Assembly: GCA_002189035.1 (NCBI GenBank) | Contig: NEEC01000017.1 | Span: 2,232,001-2,296,000, forward strand | Direction: 5' to 3' | Source: Utricularia gibba | Taxonomy: Eukaryota > Plantae > Magnoliophyta | DNA: 64,000 bases | Shown here: positions 39,575-52,110 of the stretch, in pieces | Layout of the letters: every line of letters begins with the position of its first letter | Numbering within the stretch: the first letter of the stretch is position 1 | The notes under the pieces: generated by a model | What the model was told of the DNA's origin: nothing | What the model saw: the letters and a program-made list of their open reading frames with translations, nothing else | The model's database searches: none | Made by a program: the position numbers and the translations under genes

Positions 39575-40255
39575 GCTGGTTAGACATCATGTTATCATTT
39601 AGAGGTCTCGTTTGCCCTATTGAAGAAGTAAATGTCATAGCGTGGGCATGTAGATAAGGATACACACATAGGTTATTGTAACTCTCTTTCTTCTAATGAG
39701 AAGGTTTAAAAGTCTGTTCCTCGTTCCATGCTTGGCGTCATGCTTTGTCGAACCAATGGACCTTGGCAATTGCGTACCACAATTGCAGTAAAGAAGCTCG
39801 AGCTACACATGTGATTCTATCTGCATTCCTCTCCTTCCCAAGAGCTGCCATTGATCAACACTTTGACTGCTCGATATAATCATCTATATACCCGTAAGTT
39901 TTTTCTGTTGTTTGAGTTTGTTGAAGTATCACTCACTGGCTTCGTTGTGCGTACATGCAGGTTAGTGCGATGAAGCTCTGGTGGGATTTGCAGAGGAAGG
40001 AACTCAACATGCCACACAGATTTCAGTTGGTCCAATTACCCTCGTCTGCATCAGTAACTGAACAGTGAAATCTTGGATTTGCTTCTTGAACCAGCAAGGA
40101 AATTTAAATGTCAAATTAGACTACAACAGACAAGATGCATCAAATGAGACTACAATAAAATTTGGAGAGGAAAAATGAAACACCGCCTACACTGAACATG
40201 CTTTTCATCAGTGAGGATCTGGTGCTGATCATACTTCCTTGATGATAATTCTACC

Positions 40256-41833
40256 TCAGGATTTGGCTTCATCAGATGGTGGGGATTCCGCCGGAACAGG
40301 ATCAGAATCGACGAAAAACTCCTCGACTGAAATAAAAACCAGAACACATAAGAACCCAATAGGTAAAAAGTGAGTAAATTCCCTGTCCAGGTCTTACCTA
40401 TACCATCCTGTTCAGGAGAGTCAAGGAGGATGTCCGAATCAGAAGGCAAAAAGGGTGAACCAGGATAGTTTCCCAGAGCCCCTAAATCTGCAGAATCAGA
40501 ATGCTTTGAAGAGAGCGAAGCTAGAAAAAAATTGCATCAGAGCTAAACAACAACTTAACCTCCCAAATCGGCTGACAAGTCTGAGAGGCTGAAATTCCAT
40601 GGTATCTGAGACAGGGATCTTAGCGATTCTCTTGAATGTCCTATCCCATTATCAGATGTGAAAGCTGAGTCCAGTACAGAAGTATCAACTCCCATGCCTG
40701 AAATTTCTGAAGTGCTAAAGGGAAAGGGAGCGCTGGATGCAACCGATGTGGGACTAACAGGCATCGATGACATTGCATGGTTCGGAGGCACAACCGGAGA
40801 TACATCACTCGTGGAAGCATCCATCATCGCCCTGAAACCAAATGAGAACTTGCTCTCAGAAAAAAAAAAAAGGGTAGATCAAGATCAGGTATTAACCAAA
40901 CAATGCCTCACTCGTTTCCAGGATTTATTCGCATTGGTTGGAAATTTCCCGGAGCAGGAACTCCGTTGACTACGTGACATCCAGCTGAGTAGGCCATGGG
41001 ATCAATGTGAGGTTGCCCTGGAACAGCAACTGGAGGATGGTGCATGATGGGGTATCCCATTGGTAAATTATTGGCTGCACTGCAAAGAACCGGAGTTGAA
41101 GAATGTAAAAGGAGAACACAAGAAAGTAAACAAGACTAGGAAGTAGAGCCTACCAGCAATGGGATGCTGAAGTCCATTCTGCATTGGGGCTAAAGGAACT
41201 TTCGGGAGGGGCACTGAGTACTTCATCATCTGACACTGGTGCTCAAGTAGCTGGTTAAATAGGATGATTTGCTTCTTCAGCTTAAGCCGTATGTAGTACT
41301 CCCGGAAAAAATCAGCATTTTCTTCTTCTAGTTTCTGCCACACTAGCAAGGAAAGCATGGAATCAAGGAAACACATATGATCTCAAGCTGGTTTTTTTTA
41401 CTACAAACTAGAATACCTAAAGTTGTGAATCCAGGATCTATCCTGGCACGATTTAGTAAAGTCATTACAACCTCATCTCGGTTCATATATAACTGCAAAC
41501 ACCGTTCAATCAAATTCTGGACCTGCAACATATTTCAGGGAAATGAATTTATGGGGCAACGATGACGAAACATCTTAACATCAGGCAATGAAAAATATCA
41601 TATTCATACAAGTTCAATGTCCTCTCTTGACACTTTTCTGCTGTCATTGCTCGAGATCGAGCCTGCATCTGGTGCAGGGTTTGTATTCTTTAGATCAGCT
41701 TTAGAATCATTAGTGACAACAGTTGGCTTTACATCCTGAGAGCTTTGAGAATCCTGCAGAAGTCCAGCATTTAGAAGGAACCCCATTTCGAGTCTAGAAA
41801 GCAACCAGCACAACTAACCTGCGACTTCTTCAT
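40256..41833 (-). CDS. Plant-specific TIGR01589-domain protein of unknown function, about 8 coding exons
   Basis: MKKSQ|...SRKVSREDIELV|QNLIERCLQLYMNRDEVV...IDPGFTTL|VWQKLEEENADFFREYYIRL...; C-terminus SLSQIPWNFSLSDLSAD...LGNYPGSPFLPSDSDILLDSP...EEFFVDS; frame intact. Confidence 0.85.
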
Positions 41834-44800
41834 TTCAGCCAACAGATTGCAGAAGATGATTTCCCATTCAATTCCTTATACCAGACCTCACCAAACCGTA
41901 GCCCTGCTTAAACAAGCCCGACCATTTCGTCACCTTACAAAAAGAACGAGCAGCTTCAAAAGAATTAATCACAAACTGTGCATCTTAAAAGAGTATTAGC
42001 AAGATTTGTCCTTTCCAACTGCATCTCAAGCAATTCTTATGCTCAACACACAAAAGAACCATATGTTGACGTTTCTAACTCAACAATTCAGTGCAAAGTC
42101 ATCAAGAAAAACCAAAAAAAATGTCGGGAAAAAACTTGAGATCCAGTACAGATGGAGAAAAAGTTATGAAGATGGAAAAAAGAGAATACAGATAGAGAGA
42201 AAAAGGCTGCTTCAGGGATCAAAACATTATTGCAAATAGGACCACCCAGGGATCTGTAGCAATTTCCTGTTAGAAAAGGCACTGCCAACTTTTCAAGCCA
42301 TCTCCAATAATTCAAACATTCTCATCATAAAACGTGCACGCATTTAGCCTCTTTAATCCAACATCAATTCAACAAACACTCGGCTCAGTACAAATCAAGA
42401 AACCCCAAACATAGAATTTCTTAGTATTGGACAGAGCTCCACCCTAAATGGAGGTTGCGGGGTTAAAAGAAACACCTCTACAGCGAGCTGTTAACTTCTA
42501 TGGGGGCCCAAGTTTCCGACTTTCAACTTGACATATACTGCACCCAGAAGCAGATTTAAGGCTAGAGTTCCAGGAATCTACAAAAAAAAACCATGGGCAG
42601 TGAATAGAAAGATCTAGACGTCGAACCCTCGAACGAGACGAAACGAAAGGGGTTCAAGTAGGCCAGTACCATAGCACTGAACTACAAGTTGCAGAGAGAA
42701 TATTAACTCAAGGCTGGTCAAAACCCAGAAAAGTTCTCCATAGACGGAGGAGAAAGTGGGTGCGGTGCATCAGAATCCTGTGAGGGGTGGTTTTATTGGG
42801 CACAGTACATGAACCGTTGTGGGGTGAAAGTACAGCAGATTCAACAAAAGGAAATTTTGTACTAACAAACAAAAGGGCAGGTTGTCCTCTTGTCCGAAGA
42901 TCAGAATTCTAGACGAGATGAAGCGAAATAGAACACATCGTTGCGCTTTCGGTGATGGGATCCCGCCTTATCTCAACAAACGCGCTTCTTGAGTTTGATT
43001 GATACATGATATCTACCACATTTACAGCGACCATGATTGTCAACCTCCTGCATAAATCTTGGACACCATGGTTCGTCAGAGCAGCAAAGTTGGTGGGACA
43101 TACAAATTTTGAAAAAAATTGTGTACGTCTCCATAACCAGGCACGCGAAAATCGACCCTACCTGCATCACATTGGTTTGCGAACCAGATACTGCATGCAA
43201 AGACGAAGGGCAAGGATTCGTACATAGGGAGCGCATAAACAACATCCCATTTTTCTGTATTTTTCGACCCAAATAGCTCTCAATCCACAGTTGCCCACGA
43301 AACTGTGTGCGCGCTCTTCGGGAGAAAAGACTCCGGGGGGGCGGATGATGATGCGCACTTCTGGTATTCGTCAATGGGGAGTGCCGTACATGCACTGGAC
43401 GTTCACATGTGAGCTTTCTTGCATAACTTTTCATGGTGTCTGAAAGGAGCACCTTTGTCTCCATCCCCTCATCTTTATGTTTGTGCTACCAAGGTTCTCA
43501 CCAAAAAGTAGCTTTGTCTATGTTTTATAGGATTGAAAGTGGTTCAAAAAAAGTATATGTAGAATTATCATTTTTTTCATACAATATCTACCATGATTAT
43601 TTCTTTTTTAATTTGATTCGTATTTTATGTTTAAAATCGTTCAAATTATAAATTATTCGTACACATGATTTACATATTTTTTTTGCTATTTAAAACTTTG
43701 CTCAAAATACATACATGTAAAGAATATACATAGTTTTGAATAGGATGATATAAATTATATTTTTTATTTATAGATCAATATTTATAATCCTTTTTATACT
43801 AAAAAAAATTATCAAATACAATATTTTCCAAAGATTTTAGACGATGGGAATTGCTTATTTAAAAGTATAAAAAATCAAGGGGAGCGTGTTGTAAATAATT
43901 ATTAAGAAGGGGTCAAATTGATAATACGTGAAATGAGAGGATGTGAATTGTAATAAGAATTAAGAGGAGTTAGGGATCGGGGAGATCGTTGGGAAAGAGG
44001 TGGAAGGGGTGTGATCGTGGAAGTGGACGATTGGTAGGTTTTCTTGTACAGCTTCAATTTTTTTTTGTTGCGGAGATGCTCGATTATTCATACTCCTGCT
44101 CAGCTCGTCGGGTTGTAGGTAGTGTTTCGATGGTTTTGATTTGTTTTACGTGATCTGTTGTTGGAGACCTAAAATTCATGGCTGGTGATTTGAGTTGTAA
44201 AATGGTTTTGCTTATGGTGAATCGTGTACAGCCTCCTCAGAGTACTGTTTAGGTGTGTCAGAGATCGCTGACATTTTGTTGAATTATGCAAAGGAAGTTG
44301 TGGGTTTTTTGTTTTAGAAGTGCTGATTTGTGATAGTTATTCTCTCATCAAAAGCTATTTTCTGTAGGATCTTCTTGTGTTGGTTTGAATCATGTCTACT
44401 TTTTTACCACTCTCGTTTCAGTTGGTTTGATTTTTGGATATTTGGTGTCACTCTGGATTCATTTCGAAACCTGAGTGGCACGAAGGTTGAGCAGATACAC
44501 CGAAGATTCCCTGCGTTCTCTATTTTCCATCGAGGCGTTTGATAGTTGTTGTTTGTGATGTCTCTTCTTTCATGAATACTCAATGATGTAGGCTTTTCCT
44601 GTGTTCTTTGCGCTTTGAGTCCTCAGTGCTTAGTCTTGCTTCATCATGGAACCTGAGTGGTTACTCGTATCCAAGCATAGAGCGAAAAAATTGACGATAG
44701 GCTGTTTCTCTTTTCTTTTTCCATCTTTGAACTTATCATGCAAACTGCAAGCTCTATGCACATTTACCTGCTTTTCCACCACGCAAAAGGTTTGCAAGAA

Positions 44801-44878
44801 AACCAGTTGAAACTCGCTGCTATTTGATAAATTTACTCCAGAGTTGGAGATAACAGAGATCAGACAGCCGAAGGGAAG

Positions 44879-45132
44879 ATGATATACCGAAAATGGAGTC
44901 TCCTGACAGGCCCTGCCACCATCCTTGCCGGCATATGCGGCGCAGTCATTGTTGCTGACCTTCTGCTCATTGAAAACGTAAGCTCTCATGGTTTCATGAT
45001 TCCCTGATCCAGTCATCACTATCCTTTTTCCAATATGGGCTCTTCTTACACCGCAATGCATTGTTTTTTCTTCAGAATTGGCTGCGCAAGAGAGAGAACA
45101 AGCAGCCAAACCCTGTCCCTGCAACCAAATAG
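44879..45132 (+). CDS. SDH8: 51-aa single-TM microprotein, probable plant-specific succinate dehydrogenase subunit 8
   Basis: Exon 1 44879-44977 MIYRKWSLLTGPATILAGICGAVIVADLLLIEN, intron GTAAGC 44978..TTCAG 45075, exon 2 NWLRKRENKQPNPVPATK*. MIYRKWSLL start matches my recollection of angiosperm SDH8. Absent from the ORF track. Confidence 0.75.
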
Positions 45133-45520
45133 ATCAAGTGCTGTCCCGAATGTGCCCCCACCCGTGGAATAAGTTGGTACGGACGCATGTCTTCACTGCA
45201 TCGACGCACCTCACTGCCCCTGCTCTTTACAGACATGTGTTTCATGTTTGAATAACATGGTTGGAGGGACTAACCTTGAGGCCCAATTAAGTAATTGGCA
45301 AGGAATGGGCCATGGCCCATTAAGCTCCACGCCGTGGGTAGACCCATTTCTTGCTCTCAAATGAAACTAAGGAAAATTAATATTTTTAATATATATGGTT
45401 TTATTGGTATAATTATAATTGCAATTTTTTTATAATTTGTATTATCAATAAAACGTATTAAGTAATAATTTATTTAAGATAATTTAGGAAAATTTATATT
45501 GGATTTTAATGTGTTGACTC

Positions 45521-45975
45521 TACGTGGCAGAGGGTGAGGGCTGGCGTCTGGTCCACGTGGCTCCAGCATAGGCATCTGCCACGTGGCCACTATCCACCGC
45601 AAAGGTTTCAATCGGCGCCGTCCATCCATCCCAGGGATCTTGACTTTGACTTGGCGCCAGCCGTTCCCTCGACAAAGGGGCAAGCAACTGCGCCGTACGG
45701 GTCCCACACGCCGCGATGACAGCCCGGCAACATCAACGTCATGAATTAAAGGAATTTTATTTTTAATTGCCACGTGGAGGGTAAGGCGTAGTTTCATCCA
45801 CGTGTACGGCGGGGATCGCGTGGGAGCTCAACACACCTGGACGGCCGAGATGCGCCGCCGCTCGCCTTTTCCATTTTTGTTTTGAAAGGAAACCCTAACA
45901 GAAGGGTTGAAGAATGGCGTTGAACCCACGTTCCGCATTTACGTCTGGGTTGGACACGTCGTTGGATGACGTGGG
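45521..45975. promoter_or_regulatory. G-box / ACGT-element cluster upstream of the bZIP gene
   Basis: Perfect CACGTG at 45554, 45580 (within palindrome GCCACGTGGC), 45771, 45799; six more ACGT cores at 45522, 45736, 45928, 45941, 45956, 45969; telo-box AAACCCTAA at 45890. Confidence 0.8.
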
Positions 45976-46944
45976 CAGTCCGCCTTGGCGTTGGCGATTC
46001 TCCTGCCTCCACATCCTCTGCGCTCTCTCCCCCCTCTCGCACAAAGAGAGAGAGACAATAAGAAAAACGAAAAGTAAAGAAACCAATTTCACCGTCTCCA
46101 AGCCCTTCCGTGGATTGACTTCTTCTTTCTAATTTTGTACTGGGTATGCTGAATTCGTCGCTTCATTGTCACTTTTTGCCTCGGATTCTTGTTTTCGGCC
46201 AATTTTTTTAATCCCCTTAAGCATGGTCGGTTTTCTTGTTTACGGAATGAAAGGCGGTTGAATCTGGAGGGAATTTTTTTCCCTTTAGAAAAAGTTTTGA
46301 TTTGAAGATGTGAATCTCAACTTCCGTTGTTGGGTTGTTAATTTGAAAGGATTGAGCAAATATTTCTTGCTTTTTGAAATTCTTTTCGTTTTTAGTGTAA
46401 TATGTGAAGAAAGTAATGTACTTGTTGGCAGAGGAGGTGCAGTCAATGTAATTAGCGTTGTGTTTTAGGCCCAGAGGTTTGTGTTGCGGCAGCGCAAGTC
46501 TCTCACGTGGAACTATTCCATGTTTGTGTCATTACTAGTCATTGGGTCAGTGTGACAGAATCTGGTTTTGTAGTGGTGATGAAACGACGATGATATCCTC
46601 TTCTGCTGTTTTCATCAATGTTTTAGCCGTGTTTGAGTTTTTGTTTTATGTGCCAACATAATCTTGTTATCAGATCGATGCCTTATGTGTTCGATCATAC
46701 ACAATTTATCTTGCTACTTGCACCACAAATCTAGTCTTGGTTTTTAACTAATGCATTCTGAGATAGCGGATTCATTGCCTCTATTACAACCCCAATTGTG
46801 TGGTAGTAACAAATTTCACATTTGATTCTTGCTTGTGTGCTTCTGTGGCCTGTGTTTCCTTAGAACACTTTCTAGTTAACTGTTCCTTTTATGGTGCAGC
46901 AGAGATTAAAGTGCTGTCTAGTCTTGAAGGGTTGAAAGTAAATC

Positions 46945-48844
46945 ATGGAAAACTGTTCTCACGATGGAAAGCAAACCAAGAATGAAAAGCTACCTGTTCC
47001 GTCTACAGTGAGCATTCTCATATTTTCTGTTACATAAGCTCATATGGCCTGAGTTTTTATAGGATTGTTTTTATTCCTATTAAAATCTGAATATGTTTCT
47101 TTCAGCCTGATTCGAGTAGCTATCATGTTTATCCTGACTGGGCATCTCTACAGGTAATCATTTAAGCCTTGTTTTCTTTTTATTTTCATTCATATAATTT
47201 GTTGATGCAGAATTGCAACCGAATGCTCTGTAGGCCTGTTATGGTGCCCAGGTTGCAATGCTGCCATATTTGAACTCAGCGACTGCGCCATCTCCAGCTG
47301 CCCCTGCGTATATTTGGGCTCCTCCACAGGTCCGAAGGTTATTAAGGCAGTGAATTTGATTTGAAGTAAACAGTTTACTGACAAAGGGAACTTTTCATTC
47401 TCAGTCTATCATCACTCCTTATGGAGCTCATTATGCTGCATTCTATCCTCACTTTTCACATGCCGGGGTTCCAATGGTAACTTTCTCTAGGATTTCAAAT
47501 ATGGAGAGATAATTGCAACTTCATTCCTTTATTTGATATTTGCACGTCTTCTGGTGAAGGTTGGTGCTACTCCCAGCTTAGAATCACCTGTCAAGTCATC
47601 TGCAGTTTCTGATGAGGGAGTTGTGAAAAAGGATAAAGCATTTGATCATCTTGCAATGTCGATAGGAAACATAAATGCCCATAAGAGTGAATTTGCGAAT
47701 GAGCATCGAATGTCTGACAGGTGAATCTCCTGGTTTTTACAGTCTGAAGCCAGTTAGATGTATTGGAGCTCTTCTGATCTTCAATATATTGCTCTGATGT
47801 ACAGTGAAGCTACAAATGGTTCAAGTGATGTAAGCAATGGCATTTTACCAGGCGTAAGTGTTGCTCTCTCTTTTTATACCCGATTTCGTCGCTCAAAAAG
47901 TATGACTTACCATTTAAGTTTGTCATGTGAAGGCCGGGAAGAAGAGAAGCCTACAGGAATCTTCTAATGAAGGTCAGCTGCTCTTGAAGCTGTTGCTTGA
48001 TAAAGTAGCTTGTGCTTACTACATTTATGTGTGCTGACAGATCCCAAAGCTCAAAAGGGTGGCCGGATTTCTGCTTCCAAATTCCAGAAAGCTAACGATA
48101 ATTTGAAGAATGTAATTCTTCCTGATGATGCACCAGCAAAAAAGTTTGAGGACATCAGTAGTGGTCTTGATACGCAGAATGTGAACTCAAGTTTCTCATC
48201 ACAACTTCCTTCTGAAACTCGGGTACAGTTTTGTATAATCTGATGCAGTTTATCAATCTCAGGGTGTGTTACAAACACAATTTCTATTGCTATAGGATGA
48301 ACGAGAGCTGAAACGAGAGCGAAGGAAACAGTCGAACCGGGAATCCGCTCGGAGATCAAGACTGCGGAAGCAGGTATTCCACTGTATGCTTCTTCTTTTT
48401 CTTTCAAGGGCACGATTCAGTGAATGCTTGCTTGACACAGGCTGAGGCCGAGGGACTAGCTAGCAAGGTGCAAGCACTGTCTTATGATAACATGAACCTC
48501 AAATCCGAGATAACCAAACTTCTGGAAAACTCATCAGCACTGAAGCTCGAAAACGCTGCTCTAATAGTATTTCACTCTTCAATACTTAACCTTTTTCTTC
48601 ATACAAAGATCTCATGATCTTGTCACTGTGTCCATAGGCAAGGCTAAAAGATGCCCCGCTCAGAGAAACTGAGGATGATGGGAGGGTGAAGAAGCCGGTA
48701 ACTACAGTGAACCTCCTCGAAAGGGTGAACAATTCCTCAGGTGAGAACCAGGAGGAGGAGGCTTATGAGAGCCTAAGCCCCCCAGCCAAGCATCATCAGC
48801 TTCTTGATGCTGGCCCGAGAACAGATGCTGTGGCTGCTAGTTAA
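46945..48844 (+). CDS. Group G bZIP, G-box binding factor (GBF2/GBF3/CPRF1-like), 11 exons
   Basis: N-terminal Pro-rich region (VYPDWASLQ, AYIWAPPQ), basic region DERELKRERRKQSNRESARRSRLRKQ|AEAEGLASKVQAL, C-terminus RTDAVAAS*. Confidence 0.9.
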
Positions 48845-49434
48845 GGGTATGGATGGCTTCCGTTAACAAGATGATTCAAGTGATTTTGGCGTAATTGCAA
48901 GTCCAAAGTTGCTTTTCTAACACTACTAGTAATATGTACAAGTAGTACTGAAGCACTGCTGCAATAGCCCGTAGAACAACTCCAGTTCTCACTGTGGTTA
49001 TTCGCCAGAGATGGCACTGGTGCACTGTTATCAGATGGTATGTGTATTGCTTTGGCCCTGAGTTAAGTTAACCATATAAGCTAACCCATCAATGGTCTGT
49101 ATGAGAAGATGAATTGCATAGGCACTTGGCAAAAGAGCACCCGGGAAAGCCAGCAATGTCTTTGTCTTGGTGCTCCACTGTTGTATGAAGTTTGAGTAAC
49201 CATCTACTAGCATGGCTGGGACGCCCAACATGTGTTTCGAATCAGAATCAATGAAAACAACAATGGTTTCATTTACAGGATCCCCATCCTCCTGTCTTGT
49301 TCCAGTTAAGAGATCTCAGGGTGATGGCTGATGAGTAGCACTGGTTCAAGAACAGCGGGGGGGAGCTGCAGAGTACAAGGAAAAAAGCACCAATGCGCAG
49401 TTGAAATGACTACAACAGAATCCAAGCACATTCA

Positions 49435-49766
49435 TCATGAGAAGAACTTGTAAGAAGCAGCATCGATGTCGAATGGGTGAATCAAGTAAGTGAGCACCAG
49501 GGCAATCAACATCAGAATGTACGCCACCCCAAGATCAATCGAAGTACCTTCACACAAAAAAACAATAAACAAAGAAATTCCATCTCAAGTCGCCTCGAAA
49601 TCAACCTGCATTGCCGTTAATCGAGAAAAAAATACATGAAAAGTCGTGGCGGAAGGTTACCGTCGTTAGCAGGGGCTGGTGCCGGAGCAGGCGGTTGCTG
49701 CGCGGCGACTCTGAAAACGAACGACAGTAGCGCCATTGCCGGCATCAGAGACCTCCCTACCGCCAT
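49435..49766 (-). CDS. Arabinogalactan peptide (AGP16/20/22/41 family), 72 aa, 2 exons
   Basis: MAVGRSLMPAMALLSFVFRVAAQQPPAPAPAPANDG|TSIDLGVAYILMLIALVLTYLIHPFDIDAASYKFFS*: signal peptide, AP repeats, SDG/NDG-SID motif and hydrophobic tail. Confidence 0.9.
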
Positions 49767-50120
49767 TAGAGCCCTCTCGCTCCTTCGCCACTGCAGAGAG
49801 ACAAGGGAGAGAGAAAGAGCGAGGGGAAAAGGAGGAAAGAACTGCATTTGTGAGTGGCAGACTACAATCGACGGTGGGGCCCTGTACATGTTTTGAAAAT
49901 TTACAGTGGACGACTTGTTTTCTTTTTCCAGTTTACTGTGGTGGTAACTTTGGCCGGCCGGCCGAGAATCGGGTAGATTATCCAGATAAGAAGACCGACC
50001 AATGAGGACACCTCCACCCGCCACGCGTCGCCGTCTGGTTGATCGGAGATTAGCCAGACTTCGACACAAGAGGACGGGGAGCCGCTTCCAGAAAGGAGCC
50101 TGTCCTTGAGTTTTGAATTG

Positions 50121-50932
50121 ATGGCCGCTGCAGCTTCCACTTCCATGGCGGCCACCGCCGTATTGTTCAACACTCTGCCGGCTGGAAAGCCACTGGCTCC
50201 TTTCTGCCCAATGCCCCGACGCCCGTCTCCGTCCTTCACTCCTCTCAAGTTTTCGCAAGGTACATTCTCGTCGCTCCTATGTATCGTTGTAAAATTTGCG
50301 GTAATCTGAATTGGTGGCAACCGAATCAGAATTGAAGGCACCGTCGCAGTTCGCTGTCAAGGCTTCCTCTTCGGATGAGAGTCCTATTGATACCAGTGAA
50401 CTCCTTTCTGACCTCAAGGAGAAGGTGAATCGAATCCACGCAAAATCAGTAATACCTTGAACCTGTTCGATCATTTACCTCACCCGCCCATCATCTCGTG
50501 TCTTTGTAGTGGGATGCTGTTGAAAACAAGTCCACCGTACTTTTATACGGCGGTGGTGCGATTGTGGCTCTCTGGCTATCGTCAGTTGTCGTCGGTGCTG
50601 TCAACTCCGTCCCCTTGGTGAATCCTTCTACCTGCACCTAGAAATTGTTTCAGTTCACCCCAACAGTAGCATATAACTCACTGTGTTCTAACCCATTTCA
50701 GCTACCAAAGATTCTGGAGCTGGTTGGACTTGGATACACCGGATGGTTTGTCTACCGCTACCTCCTCTTCAAGGTACCGTCCTAAGTCCACATGTATTCA
50801 TTCCATTTGGGGTAGAAATAGCTTGTTTCATCAGTGTCCTGAAGTTGGGTTGCTTGTGTGCAGTCAAGTAGGAAGGAGCTGGCTGAGGAAATAGAAGCTT
50901 TGAAGAAGAAGGTTGCTGGAAATATCGAATAA
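50121..50932 (+). CDS. CURT1A: CURVATURE THYLAKOID 1A, 5 exons
   Basis: ...DTSELLSDLKEK|WDAVENKSTVLLYGGGAIVALWLSSVVVGAVNSVPL|LPKILELVGLGYTGWFVYRYLLFK|SSRKELAEEIEALKKKVAGNIE*. Confidence 0.93.
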
Positions 50933-51228
50933 ACATGGCCGAATCCAAATGCATGCTTCATCTTTCTCAATCAAAATGTGAGACAATCTGATGTACAAGA
51001 GGGCTCTGCTGTTCTTACCAGTGCAACGTTTTCTTCTCATGTCCAAAGAAAATCTTCATGACTTTGGGGGTATCCCATGTTTTAAGTAAATACTGATGAA
51101 ATGCAGGAATTTATCAGTTGAATATCAGGTAGAAGAACAAAATCCAACTCTCATAACCTAAGCATGAAATCCCCACAACGTTTCTCATCCACCATCTACT
51201 TCCTGCGTTTTGATCCACTGAGCAGTAG

Positions 51229-51909
51229 TCAAACAGGCTCATATAGACCTACAACATGGCCATCAAGACATCTCATCGCTGCAACCTGAGAAACCGGAAT
51301 GCAATCATGCAGTGAACACTCCAACGAAAAGCATGCAGTTAAGCTTTTTCATGCAGTAAAACTCAGGGATGGTACCTTTCCATGGATTTCGTACTTGATC
51401 GGGCCATCCAATTCCGCACCCAGGGCCATGAGCTTCGATACGGTGCTATTCATGTCGATCACTGTAAACGACAGGAGGGATGAGTAACCCTTGCGCTCAA
51501 CATGATCACTGCAGAGGAAGGAGGCAGTGTAGATAATTCGGAGCCTTCCAATCAAGATACAAAAGCTAGATCACAGGAGCCTATATCAACAAGATCACTT
51601 CGAAAACGCATGTGGTCTGCGCTTCGCTATATTCATCTGAATCACACTAAATAGGAGAAACTTCGGAAGCTCAAATTTATACGTGCCTCGGGGGAAGGGA
51701 CCTCAATTAGGGTTCTCTTCGCATTCAATCGAAGAAGAAACGGACCTGGGAGAGTGCAAGAGCGCGAGCTTGAGAGGACCGGAATGGAGCTCCGCCCAGC
51801 GGAGAGTGCAAACATCAATGGTGAAACCCAGCCCCTCTGAGTAGAACCGCGCCGCTTTTGGCACATCCTTGTGCATCTGCACCAGGTACCTGAAGGCCGC
51901 GGCGGCCAT
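51229..51909 (-). CDS. Glyoxalase/VOC-fold (lactoylglutathione lyase-like) small protein, 3 exons
   Basis: MAAAAFRYLVQMHKDVPKAARFYSEGLGF...WAEL...|...YSSLLSFTVIDMNSTVSKLMALGAELDGPIKYEIHGK|VAAMRCLDGHVVGLYEPV*. Confidence 0.85.
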
Positions 51910-52110
51910 GGGCTTACCTTCCTCCGGAACCACCCGCGCCGCGCCCGAGAACTACCATCGCATTCCCAAAGCGCAAAAGGATCCGGGCCCCATTGGGCCT
52001 ACCCGCTATTTACAGAGATCCGGCCCAACCCAAACGGACCGGATAACCGGATCCATGTTGCGCACGACTTTTCAAAGCATCGGTAAATCAGTCACTATCC
52101 CGAGTGGTCC

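Noticed and set aside
44630-45124. 164-aa minus-strand ORF
   Set aside because: Non-ATG start and no motif; overlaps the SDH8-like exons and introns on the other strand.
27872-45898. AAACCCTAA as interstitial telomere remnants
   Set aside because: Isolated single copies (for example 27872, 45890), consistent with ordinary telo-boxes or chance.
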